From Octopus sinensis (Eukaryota), in assembly GCF_006345805.1 (NCBI RefSeq), contig NC_043005.1, positions 91,326,001 to 91,390,000 on the forward strand: DNA of 64,000 nucleotides. Direction: 5' to 3'. A program made the translations under genes and the position numbers. Below the pieces are notes generated by a model. It did no database searches. It saw only the letters and a list, made by a program, of their open reading frames with translations, and was not told where the DNA came from. This document shows positions 13,169 through 24,975 of this stretch, piece after piece. Each line of letters opens with the position of its first letter. Position 1 is the first letter of the stretch.

Positions 13169-13760
13169 ATCATTATCATCATTTAATGTCCATCATCCAA
13201 GCTGACATGGGTTGGACAGTTTGACAGGAGCTGGCAAGCCAGAGGACAGCACCAAGCTCAACTGTCAGCTTTGATATGGTTTCTTATCTCTTTACTGCCC
13301 ACAAGGGGCTACACACAGAGGGGACAAACAAGGACAGACAAATGGATTAAGTCAATTATATCGACCCCAGTGCATAACTGGTACTTATTTAATCGACCCC
13401 GAAAGGATGAAAGGCAAAGTCAACCTCGGCGGGATTTGAACTCAGAACATAGCGGCAGACGAGATACTGCTAAGCATTTCGCCCGGCGTGCTAACGTTTC
13501 TGCTAGCTCGATGTCTTGATATGGTTTCTGTCACTAGATGCCCTTCCGAATGCTAACTGCTTCACAGGGTGAACTGAGTGCTTTTTACATGATAACATGA
13601 ATGGGGTCACCAAGTACATTGCAAGACAAATATCCTTTGACTGGAAGGACAAGGAGGAGTACTGAGGGAGGTGGCTTTGTGCCAGTTGATGAGAGGTTTA
13701 TAAGTGTAATAGAGGGATAACGATATGTGTCATGCTGTAGAAGAGATACATGGCTACTCC
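13169..13760 (-). mobile_element. Diverged RTE LINE 3' end interrupted by a SINE
   Basis: (CAT)n tail, tttaatgtcc...atgggttggacag and gatgcccttcc motifs of the RTE 3' UTR on both sides of the nested SINE. Confidence 0.7.
13285..13515 (-). mobile_element. Meta-type SINE nested in the RTE, with 14-bp TSD
   Basis: TTGATATGGTTTCT is duplicated at 13271-13284 and 13516-13529. Confidence 0.88.
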
Positions 13761-13834
13761 AGTTGGAAAAGAAAGTCAGATGAGGAGAGAGATGGTGGTG
13801 GAAATATGTCAGGACATACCATCAAAGAGTAGTA

Positions 13835-14088
13835 CACTCTCTTTTTACTCTTTTACTTGTTTCAGTCGTTTGACTGTGGCCATGCTGGAGTACCGCCATC
13901 AGTCGAGCAAATCGACACCAGGACTTATTCTTTGGAAGCCTAGTACTTATTCTATCAGTCTCTTTTGCTGAACCACTAAGTTACGGGGATGTAAACACAC
14001 CAGCATCGGTTGTCAAGTGATGTTGGGGGGACAAACACAAACACATACACACATATATACGACGGGCTTCTTTCAGTTTCCGTCTACC
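13835..14088 (-). mobile_element. CORE-type SINE, 3' two-thirds
   Basis: Colinear with the reverse complement of 44130-44461. Confidence 0.85.
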
Positions 14089-14231
14089 ATACATAAAATT
14101 TTATTGGAAAAAGCCCTATTAAATAAAGCCTCACTGCACAAAAATTGTCTCCTCTTCCAAAGAAAGCAAAAAGATACAATTACTAATATCAGAAATTAGA
14201 ATTTCAAAGATTAACCCTTTTGTTACCAGTT

Positions 14232-14372
14232 TTCGTCTATCAAATCCACCAACGAACTGTGGTCATCCCAGAGCAATAGTAGAAGTTACTTGCCAAAGGT
14301 GTTACACAGTAGTACTGAACCTGAAAGCCGGTGGTTGGGAAGCAGACTTACCACACAGCCATGCCTGTGCCT
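14232..14372 (-). mobile_element. CORE-type SINE 5' part, diverged
   Basis: ttgccaaaggtg...ttaccacacagccatgcctgtgcc matches the SINE head. Confidence 0.65.
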
Positions 14373-14775
14373 CTTTAAAGAAAATATTTTCAACAAGTTT
14401 ACCCAAGTTCAATTGGGTCATGAAAGATTCCAGTTTAGCTGTATTAAAAATAAAATGAAGTACTTTACAATGTGTGATTCTCTGTTAGGGTGGATCTTAT
14501 TGTTTAGAAATGTTTTAAGCTGTGTCTTTCGGAAGAACTTTTTTATTTTATTCCAAGACTCACGTGCATCAAATAATGACTGAAATTATTAAGTTCCTGC
14601 AAGCACAATTCTAAATATTCACTATTTCTTTTACAATTTTCTTTCGTGTGTTCCTCCTCGTGGCTGGCCTTCAGACAATCTATTTTTTATAAAGTTTACT
14701 TCTTTGAATTATCTCCCCTGCACTACTTGGCAAAATAGCTCACCCACATAATTACAGCCACCCGAACTTTTTAAA

Positions 14776-15146
14776 TCTCTCTCTATATATAAAGCTGAAG
14801 TTGTCTGTGTATGGCAGGTTTGGTAGCCTTCAACTAACACTATTTCCTGCGAGACCCTGCAGCGCAAGTTGACCAAAATTGAGAGTATGATAGAAGAAGG
14901 CTTGCTTTTCCTTCTGTAGAAGAAAAAATTCAGATCGGACCATGATGACACCAAAAATTATTTACATCAAACAGTTGCTTTTTTTCTATGAAAATCCCTA
15001 TTTTTGACATTTTTCGGTGTATTTCAACCAGAAAAATGTTCACTTAAAGAGAATAACAAGCTACATAATGCAAAATTTTTACTTTTCAAAAATTCCAATT
15101 CTAAAGGGTCAAAACAAACCCGAGCAACGCCGGGTGATACTGCTAG
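14776..15146 (+). mobile_element. Non-autonomous Helitron-like element (about 370 bp)
   Basis: Starts A|TCTCTCTCTATATATAAAG. 3' hairpin CCCGAGCAACGCCGGG at 15119-15134, ends CTAG|T at 15143-15146; inserted between A and T. Confidence 0.8.
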
Positions 15147-15727
15147 TATAAATTAATTTTAAACGATTCTACTCCATTCTTACTTTCCTACTTTTCTATC
15201 TCACATTCTTTCCCTCTGAACATCGGAATATTTTTAAACAAATTTTCCTTAACACAATCACACATAATTCCTATTCTTCCTTCTTTTCTCTCTCTTCTGT
15301 AACCAGTATAATACCACCCGACTTTCATTTATTATTCCTTCCATATATATTGCATACAATAAAAAGGGCAGCAAGCTAGCAAATTGATTACCATATTGGA
15401 GAAAATGCTTACCGAAATTTCTTCCCGTTTTACGTTCTACTTTGCCTTCCATACTTTGTTTTTACTGTTTTGTTCTTACTATCCTGTTTTTGTTACGACT
15501 TTAACCCTCTGCAAAAAATCCCAAATTTTATTTAATTTGCTTTGCGGTAAGGACTGTTTTAATGAAGTCACATCTTGCCCCTACCTTCGAAACATGGAGT
15601 AGGTAAAACAGGGGACAACTGATGAAGGGAATGTTCTTTATGTTGCCTGTCTCGTTTCTCTATTTGTTTCTTTCTTTGTTTGAAAAAAAGTTCGTTTTCT
15701 ATGTTTTCTATGGACAGCTGATGGATA

Positions 15728-16948
15728 TATAGGGTCACCCCATAAATAATGCATTGTTTTTTATACCTCTTTTATATTTCAAATTTAAGATAAACAAAGT
15801 TGTTTTTTTAATCTAAAATATACACTCCTCCATTTTCTACAATGCTCTTCCATCTGTCTGGGTAGTCTTGCAAATCCCCTCTTCTACAATTCACTTCTCC
15901 ATGATGAAAAATACTCCTCCAGTACTGTTTTGACATTGTCTACAGAATTTATATTTTTTCCGTCCAAATGATTTTGAAGACTGTAGAATAAATGATAATC
16001 AGAAGGAGCAATGTTTGGTGAATATGGTGAGTGGGCATCATTTCCCACTCATACTGTTCCAGCCTTTGGAACATTATCACCATTGTATGTGGCTGATCAT
16101 AATCCTAAAGGAAGAACATCTTTTGTCTTGAAACCAAAGATGGTCATTTTCCTTCTCGCACTGACTTAAGCTGCTCACAGTAGATCTCTTTTGTTATCGT
16201 TTGGTTTGGGTTTAAAAGTTCAAAGTGGACTAAACCTTTCATATCCCACCAAACAGATAACAACACTTTATGTGGGTGAAGACCTTCTTTAGCCTGGAGT
16301 GCCAGTGATTCTCTTTTTCCTACCCACTGTCTTTGGCACTTGACATTTTTATAGAGAACTCATTTCTCATCACCAGTCACTATTCGGTCCAAAAAAGGTT
16401 CATTCATCAGGCGCGGCAGCAAAGAAGAGCACACATTCACTCTTTGTGTGCAATTAGACTCAGAAAGTTTGTAAGGAGCCCATTGACCTAATTTGCTGAC
16501 TTTTCCGATGGCACGCAGGTGTCAATGAATGGTTGAATGACCAAATCCAAGCTTCTCTGCTAGTTCCTCAATTTACGATGGGATTTTGTTCCACCAGAGT
16601 TTGTAGGATGTCCTCATTGAGCTCTACAGATCTTCTAGGACAAGGCTTGTCTTCTAGGCTGTAGTTTCTGGCTCAGAATTTCTGGAACCACTATTGGCAC
16701 TGCTTACACATTGTCCGATCCCCTTATACTGCATTAATATTTATGCTGTTGCTTTTATTGAACTCATAAAACAAAATATGCTGAATATACTCCTTTGTCA
16801 CTTCCATTATAGTTTTGAAAAAATAACTGTTAAAATCAAACTGCACTCTTCAAAATTTGCACTTTGATGCAAGTAGTTTATCCCATCCCTCTCCAACTTT
16901 TAGTTCATGCAATTGAAAAAACTGCATTATTTATGGAACGACCCAATA
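15728..16948 (-). mobile_element. mariner (DD34D) transposon, full length but inactivated
   Basis: TIRs TATAGGGTCACCCCATAAATAATGCA and the reverse complement of TGCATTATTTATGGAACGACCCAATA, with flanking TA. Transposase starts at ATG 16807 (MEVTKEYIQHILFYEFNK) and has IVTGDEK and SPYSPNIAPSDYHLF motifs, with many stops. Confidence 0.92.
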
Positions 16949-17361
16949 TAAATGGATACTCATTCTATTGACCATACGGAAATGAAAAGCTAAAGCAAGA
17001 ACCATGTGGTGGTTTGAAATGAGAAATGCCATGCAACTAACTAAACTAAAACTGAAACATGTCCATCGCTGTAACCAATCACATTTCCCCTAACCATGTT
17101 AATTTGTTTTACAAAATGAATTCTTAATTTCTTCAAATTATCTACCCTCTTATTCAAGAGTCGCTATCAATTTACTGTTTAATCTTTTTCCTCCAATTAA
17201 ATGGCAAATTTTGAGGGTTTTTTTTTTTTTTTTTGTTATTCAGTACATTTAATCTTAATTTACTTATGCTTCTGATAACTCCGATAAAAATAAAACACAA
17301 TACATTTTTCAAGATACTGAAACATTAGTATGGATTTTATTCTGGAACATTAAATTATAAA

Positions 17362-17560
17362 CATTATCATCATTTAACATCCATTTTCCATGCTGGCATA
17401 GGTTAGACAATTTGACTGGAGCTGGTAAGCCAGAGAGCTGCACCAGGCTCCAGTCAATTTTGGTCTGGTTTCTACAGCTGGATGCTCTTCCTAAAGCCAA
17501 CCACTTCAAGAGTGTTGTGTCTTTTACATGTCACAGGCACAGGTGCCTACAAATTTTCAG
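17362..17560 (-). mobile_element. RTE LINE 3' terminal fragment
   Basis: (CAT)n tail, ccatgctggcataggttagac and gctggatgctcttcct motifs. Confidence 0.75.
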
Positions 17561-18359
17561 AGCATGTTGATAACCTTTGTGGTATTCTGTCTGACACCGT
17601 ACCACTGTACCAATTTATCGTATAAATTACCATGTTTAATAAAACTAAATGGTTTTAAACTTGTCCAGAAGTCTGGCAGAGAAAGAATTTTTATACAGAT
17701 GCAAACCTATTGTTTTCTCATTAATAAGCAGGTGAGGGAGATTTCACCATTTTTTTTTTTTAGTTGGGGGAGGTACTGGTGTTTTGTTTAATAATCACCA
17801 GTGCAGATCGAAGATTGTTAGATTAGTGTTTTGGAATTACATCAGTCAATATAAGCCCACTTGTCATGTTTCGTTGAATCTTATCAAATGATATGTATAT
17901 CGGGATTTGTGCTATTAAACGTAGAGATGATCTTGATAGCCACATCTAAAGCAATAAGTATGCTACAAAGTAAATCTATTGGAATATGTGCGTCTGCTGA
18001 AAATCATACGGATCCACTTTTCCTATGTATGTGTGTCTATAGCAGCGTTATTCAATAGAATTTTAAAAAATATTATATGACCTACAATTGAAACTATGCG
18101 TATTTATGTATGCGTCAAATATTTAAATAGCAATTTCTTAGACTTCAGGAGAATACAAAACAATTCTCTTTTTGAAATGTTGGATGTTGAAGCAAATAAG
18201 CTAAAAACAATATTGGATTAAAAAAGCACTTTAGATACAAATAGTCAGCCTTTTCTAACCCAATATTTACATGCTATTATTTTATAGCTTATCTACTTCA
18301 AGATCCAACGTTTCAAAACAATATATAAATGTCATATTGTAAGAGAAGAGTTATTTTAA

Positions 18360-18710
18360 AAGAATCAAGTGTTAAAGTAAGGCTGAACCACACAGAACTA
18401 CGCCATATTGTTTCGAGCAGGAAATGACCGACAGTCAGGCAAACAGAAGAGAGTCAAGTGAGAGAGAGAGGGGGAGAGAAAGAGAGAGAGAAAGTCAAGT
18501 GAGAGGGAGAGAAAGAGTGAGAGAGAAAGAAAGAAGGAAGTCAAGTCAGAAAGAGAGAGGGAGAGAGAGAGAGTGAGAAAGAAAGAGAGAAAGTCAAGTG
18601 AGAGAGAGAGAAAGATAAGAGAGCAGCAAGTAAATTACCTCTCTTCCGGTCCATCCATCTCACTCTTATTCTCTACGTAAGTATTATTACGTAGTCTTAC
18701 TTCCTCTTCC
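18360..18710. promoter_or_regulatory. Likely core promoter region of the R-Ras2-like gene
   Basis: YY1-consensus CGCCATATT (18401-18409), ETS-like CAGGAAAT (18418-18425) and CTTCCGGT (18643-18650), a GA-rich tract with repeated TCAAGTG and retained CpGs, about 0.9-1.2 kb upstream of the ATG. TSS not determined. Confidence 0.5.
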
Positions 18711-19615
18711 GTCCACCCTGCTGCATCATTCTCCTCTTCCTCCTCCTCTTTTCTTTTCTTTCTAATGTATTTCTCTCATCTTGTTTAATTGCTTTCACTC
18801 ACTAGAAGTATTTAAAATTTTTCACCAGATCTTTTATTTTAATTTCTACACTGATGGAACTTTATTTTTAATTTCTAGAAAAAATAAATAAATAAATAGA
18901 ATGCGATTTTCGTCATAAGCATACAGAACTACACTCTCTGAAAAATAAATCTTGTGGAAATTTGAAATAAGTGGTTGAAAGAAATTTTAAAAGATCTTAT
19001 TTTTCAGTTTACAGTATATTTACTTCTAATCTTTCTGAAGCTGCTTCTACAAACTTTCGTAGGCAGCATCTCTCTTTTCCATTTAATAAATACCAATTTT
19101 TCATTTATTCATTTTTCTTTTTTTCTATCCCCCACTCCTATTCGATAACTTTACTTTCACTCTAACTTTCTTATGCTTTTTATCGCTTACTTTTCTTCCC
19201 CCTCTGGTCTTATATTTTACTCTCTCGATTATCTCTCCAAATGCCCACTACCACTTGAACTTTCTTAAGCTTTTTATATCTTTTTCTTCCTTTCTCCCTC
19301 CCATTAAATATTTTAGTCACTCCATTTATATCTTGCTTTCCCTCCACCCTCTACCACTTTTACTGTCAACGACACCGGCACCGACATTGTTATTCCTTTC
19401 ATCTGTGCGCTTCCTCTCCTCATCCTTTCTCCTTTAATCTCCCTCCTACCTCTTCTGCCACCACTGACGCTGCTGCTGCTGCCGTTCACTGACGCGCACA
19501 CACACATATACATACACACACACACACGCAAACATAAACACGCGTACACACATATACAGAGAGACCCCAAACCAGCACTGGCCAGGGCGGCGGAGGTGCT
19601 CGATTTCCACCAGAA

Positions 19616-19720
19616 ATGTCTCGCTGTGCTGACACAAACAGCTCCAGTAATACCTATAAGTTGGTAGTCGTTGGTGGAGGTGGCGTTGGGAAAAGTGCCT
19701 TGACAATTCAATTTATCCAG
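19616..19720 (+). CDS. RRAS2: Ras-family GTPase, R-Ras2/TC21 (Ras64B)-like, first coding exon
   Basis: [35 protein letters not shown] followed by CAG|gtaag. The G1 box GGGGVGKS plus TIQFIQ is diagnostic of R-Ras/TC21 (M-Ras has GDGGVGKS/TIQFFQ). No exon 2 (SYFVTDYDPTIEDSY) found in the window. Confidence 0.93.
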
Positions 19721-20603
19721 GTAAGATTCAAAATACCCATCCTTGTCGTTTCATTTCCCCCGTCTTGTGTTCTATAACTACCATCATCAGCACACCACCA
19801 TATCACTCCAAACTGCCACTGTTGTTGCTGCTGCTCGGCCTAGAATTAGCACTAGCAGCTAGTCTAGACAAGACTACTGCTACTAGTGTTCCCTAAGTAC
19901 CCTTTGTTTAATTAGACTCTCTTTTAATTTACCTTTTAGGTTTTTGTCATCTTGGAAGGGTTCTGTTTTTCTTGATTTTTGGTAAATTCCCCATTTGCCA
20001 GGCAACGGAAGTTTTTAAACCGATTCCAAGTCTCCTGCAAATGGCCTCTATCTTTCTCTCATTCTCTTTTTTCCCCCCACTTCTCGAAAATGAAAGGGGA
20101 GGAGTACTGAAAATCGGAAAAGTGTAGTCAGAAATCGTTGATCAAAGCTACCGATATAACATATACATGTCTTTCTAAAATGACAATACATCACTAGGAC
20201 ATTTTTCTCTTCGAAAACACGAGCATCTAATTTATTGATGGTTGTAATGTTTCTAAGTGCGCACATGGTTGTTTAAAAACGTCTTGTTTAAATAAAATTG
20301 TAGATTTTTCGAAGCCCCTTTTTTTCTTAAATTCTAATCGCCTTTCTCTGTGTCCTCCCCCCCCTCTCACTGCCCTTTTCAAAAATTACCGCATCTTATC
20401 AACTGCAATGTCTATCTTTCGGCTGGCTAGGTGGACGGGTGGGGTTCGCTCCCTCCCGACACGTCTCTTTATCTTCCGATTTCTCCATCATTAACTGTCC
20501 TCTGTCCACATTGAGTCATAATGCCAGTGGAACAAATTATAAATAATAACCAGCAACACGATTGCCTACCACTATGAAGTCTATAAAAACAACTGAGCTA
20601 GAC

Positions 20604-20636
<33 letters not shown>

Positions 20637-20822
20637 ATCTTTCATTTTCCCATCGTGTCAAAGCCTCTAGTGATATTAATCGATTGTTGACGCTAATGTG
20701 CCGATTGATAAGGTCACTTTATTAATTGACATCTACTAATTACTTGCTAAACTCCGTCCCTTCATTGTACCTTCTTTTGCGACTCAGCCGATTTCTTCTT
20801 TTGTAGCTTTCTTTCAGCTAGC

Positions 20823-20823
20823 G

Positions 20824-20870
<47 letters not shown>

Positions 20871-21042
20871 CACACACACACACACACACACTATACATTT
20901 CTGAAATGTATAGTGTGTGTGTGTGTATATATATATATATTTATATAATGCATATATAATATATATTTATATAATGCATATATATTTATATAATATATAT
21001 ATATATTTATATAATATATATACACATATTTATATACATACA
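20823..21042. repeat. Compound (TA)n/(CA)n/(TG)n and degenerate TA-rich repeat
   Basis: Read directly from the sequence. Confidence 0.9.
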
Positions 21043-21315
21043 CGGGCAATTAATAAGAATAACTTGATGAATCTAACTCCAAGATTCACTGGTATTGACT
21101 ATTCTAGTTGGGATTGTATTTCATTGCTTACACACCCTCTCGAAGCAAGCTGGGTGTAGTTTACATAGGATCGTTGTCAAATCTCATTAGATTTTTTTTC
21201 TTCACATACAAGCTCTGATGTTGAAAGCTTGTCATGGAAGTCCATAGTGACCGAAGTTTGTTATATTATTTATACATCCTTTTTTACCAAAGGAAGAAGC
21301 AATAAAACGTAGAGT

Positions 21316-21348
21316 ATCTCTCTCTCTCCCTCTCTTTATATCTATCTA

Positions 21349-21432
<84 letters not shown>

Positions 21433-21434
21433 TA
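21316..21434. repeat. Compound (CT)n-(CTAT)n-(TA)n-(CA)n microsatellite
   Basis: Read directly from the sequence. Confidence 0.9.
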
Positions 21435-22663
21435 CCGTGTCCTGTTCAACTTCATGGGTGACTGGGTAGAACAGCATTATTCCCAACAGTCTATGTTAAC
21501 TAGCAAAGCTAATATTGTACAATTAAGCGTTGGTATTATTTAATTCTAGTAGTTCTTCGATGGAGGAAATAAGTACTACTTTATTTATATATATATATAT
21601 ATATCCTAATCAGGAAGATAATTAAAGAATATATATCCTTGTCATTAGCTACTAACTTGTAAGAAAGTTTATTCTTATACTCCGAGGATTTGTTAGATGC
21701 TTATAACTGAAAACAAAAATAATTCTTACAAGAAATACGGTCTCAAAACATTGTGATTCTTATTTATATTTTCTATTCAAGGTTGAAGAAGTCATGTTAG
21801 TTTTTGGATTTATTTTCTTGGGGACATAAGCTGTAGCATGTTCTTCCTTAAACATAAATGCTTTATTTTGTTTGCGAAATACGTTATGGAGATTAGTTTG
21901 ATAGAAGCCTATGTTTGAAAATATATACACTCTGATAGTTATCCAGTGCAGAGAGGAGTTAAGAAAGCTTCTAAGATTATTTTCATGCAGCTTTCGATCG
22001 TTAATCGATCCTCCAGTCATATTTTGTCCTCTATTTCCACTTGATTTCGTTTAGCTGATCATCTTGTTCGATGGATAACCGAACTGATTGACTTTCGCTT
22101 CTGAAGCGACTAATTCTTTGACTGTTAGAAACCTGGACTCGCATCTGCCTCTTATTAAACAACAATATTATCAGTTCGTTGTTAAATCAATTTCGTGGTG
22201 TTCCTTTTAAAAAATGATTATTAAATACGATTGAGCTTTTCTGACTGTCGTGGACCACAAAGCTCATTTGTTTTCCGTAGTGTAAACTTTCAGATTATGA
22301 TACCACGATTTTTAATTGTTTCTGTGCAAAACCTGTCAGCTTCCATTATTTCTGTGATTTATTCATAACCAAAGCACTGGCTTTCACCATCACAAACCAT
22401 CCATCCCAGACAGAAGTGTATGTCTTAACTCTTAACTAATTGTAAGGGCTTTGCTGGCCTGTGAGCCCTTTTAGCTGCGAATAATTAATAAAAGAGGGAA
22501 ACAATTATTGTAGCTCAAACTTGAGTGCTAAAATATTTACCAATTACTATTGTTAGCTTCCTCAGCTGTTTTAGATCGCTGATTTTTTTTATTCAATTCT
22601 TCCAATTAAAAAAAAAGCGCTTTCTGTTGATTTGCGAGCGTGTATGTGTGTGTATATACTAAG

Positions 22664-22918
22664 GGTACCTCTTGAGAACAGTGGTACCGGTGCGCGTACT
22701 CGCGCATCCGCGCTAGCTAGTCATGACTAGTCGATCCTTACTTTGTGTTTTTGTGTGTTATTTTGTTTAACAAAAATTATTTACTTTGTGTGAAAAAAAT
22801 TATTTATTTTGTATTTTATTTACTTTGCTAGGTAGTCGTTGTAGGATCGACTAAGACACAACTAGCTAGCGCGGATGCGCGAGTACGCGCACTGGGACCA
22901 CTGTTCTCTAGTAGTACC
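22664..22918. mobile_element. 255-bp MITE with 78-bp TIRs and 9-bp TSD (Mutator-like)
   Basis: TATACTAAG at 22655-22663 and 22919-22927. Arms 22664-22741 and 22841-22918 are inverted, with a perfect 32-bp core (22690-22721 / 22861-22892) and an AT-rich spacer. Confidence 0.9.
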
Positions 22919-24749
22919 TATACTAAGTGCTAATGAACAAACCTCTCGGCCCTTCAGTCACTGTTGCTTTTGCTACACACACGTTTTGAGCTCTGTCTTT
23001 CCTGTTTGCATTGCCAAACCCATACACAAACGTGAATTTAAATCCAGTCCTGTAAACCTATCTGTCTACATACGAAATAAGACAGATAGATCATGTGGGT
23101 GAGAGTTGTTAGGGTCGTCTAGCTGGTTTTAATTGCATTATACCCACTTATATGTGTCTGCTTCGACATTTTATTTCCCCAGCCCTTTTTGTTTACGTTA
23201 CTTTCTTTAAACCTAAAGTTGGCTGACTTCGACATACCTGTCACCTTTACTCTATATTCTATCCTTAATCCTCGCTTAACGTCTAAATTTTTATCGAACC
23301 TTTAAAAACACGCACACTTCAATATGTCACTATCTCTAGCACTCCTCATCCTCTTTCTTTTTCTCTTTTCATTTTTCCATTTCATTCGATCTTGATAAAT
23401 TATTTTGGCTTTCGTAAATAAATATTTCCTATTTCCAACGTGAATCGAATATTAATTGGTTTATGTCTCCTTTCACTCTGCCATATCAAATTTCTCTGTT
23501 AAATCTAAGATTTGTACAGAATATGAATGATATAACCATTCTTTAATAAGGGCGATGTCGTTAATAGTTGTCACATAGAAGAAGACAGGTTTTTTTTCTT
23601 TTTTAAGCTGGAGGGGTAGAATTGCGTCACCAGTTGTCGGACACAAATCTGTATCATCATAAAGCGCGATTTATCACATTTGATAGTTTTATATGGGAAA
23701 AAATAAAATTTTCTCCATAATAGACGTCTTATTTAAATATCAAAAATCAGTTGTCGTAAAAATTTAGAATATAATCAATAAGGGTACCCGGCAATCATGC
23801 TGTTATTTTAGCTACACAAACTGCATTTCTGCTTTAGACTGTTAAACAGTTTTTGTGGGTTCGTAGATTTCTAAGTATTGCAGCTTCAAGTTTTTTTCTT
23901 CTTTTTTTTAACAATATACCATAGAATTAATTTACTGATTATTTTACTTAAAAGGTATTTAAAAGATTGTGCCTTTAATTGGAAAATCACAAAATGTTGA
24001 TTTGGTATGTGTTTGTGTGTGAGTGATTTTTCTCCATGGGTAGCATAACCCGGACATGGTAGGAATGCGGACAATAACAAAAATCAATGAAGCGTATTAT
24101 TGTATTAATGGAAACCCCTTGTTTAGAGCATATTGTTAGGTTACATATTAACAAATTACTGTTTTTATTATAAATAAATTTCTATTGCCGTGTGGTGGTG
24201 GTGGGTATATTTAAAGCGACATTTTATTTCACTATCCATGCGCTGTCAGTGGCTGCAGTTTGATGATCTAATAACTTGTGTTTTCTTTCCTCGCTCTACA
24301 TGAAATAGTGTGTTCATTATTGTTATCGAATTTTTACAAAGAATGGTGGTCTATATCAAAATGCTTTACAATATTTTGTTTCACTTAGCTACCTGAACGG
24401 TTGTCGTTTCAATCAACTTATTTCATTGACCCCACCCCCCAGGAAGGATGACAAACAAGACACTGAAAACCTTTGACTTGTGTACCGGTCAAAATAATGA
24501 ATGATTCAGTCCCCTATAGATTTGTGTACTTGTGTCTGTGTAGCAGATCGTCATAACTATTATTATTAAAGTTATTGTTCGCAATGTTGCTATCTAGACA
24601 CACTCTTTCGCTAGATTGTGATGAATAAAATCAATGGTTGTCGAGTGAAACAACGTAGGAGGGGTACTATCTTTCTCTCTGTAGTAGTCTCCTTGACGAG
24701 TTATAGTCTGTAAATAGACATAAAGAAAATCCTTATTATTCGATTGAAG

Positions 24750-24975
24750 GCAGTTGTGTGGCAGAAACGGTAGAGTGTCGAGTTTTTAATATACTTTGCT
24801 GCGGGTGAAAGGGTTCCGTTTCTTTACATTCAGAGTTTAAATCCTGCCAGGTTGACTTTGCCTTTTAACCCGGAAAAGGATAGAATAAGTACCAGTCGAG
24901 TAAGCACTTGGGTGGATTCAGTCGGCCACACCCTTTCCCAAAATGTGTCATCTAGTGTCAATTTCAGAAATAATT
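24750..24975 (+). mobile_element. Strongly decayed Meta-type SINE
   Basis: cagagtttaaatcctgccaggttgactttgccttt...aataagtaccagtcgag core. Confidence 0.55.

Noticed and set aside
15575-15640. GAAAC (15589) and CTGATGA (15619) in permuted order, suggesting a type II hammerhead
   Set aside because: Stem I cannot form in either register I tried, and stem III is only 2 bp. The surrounding 15180-15700 may be an unclassified repeat.
18632-18640. Minus-strand donor AG|GTAAT, suggesting a divergent transcript from the same promoter
   Set aside because: No supporting minus-strand exons or ORF were found between 5000 and 18600; the motif alone is insufficient.
19849-19890. Imperfect hairpin CACTAGCAGCTAGTCT...AGACTACTGCTACTAGTG after the exon-1 donor
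   Set aside because: It is short, needs bulges, and is built from low-complexity CTAG/CAG units.
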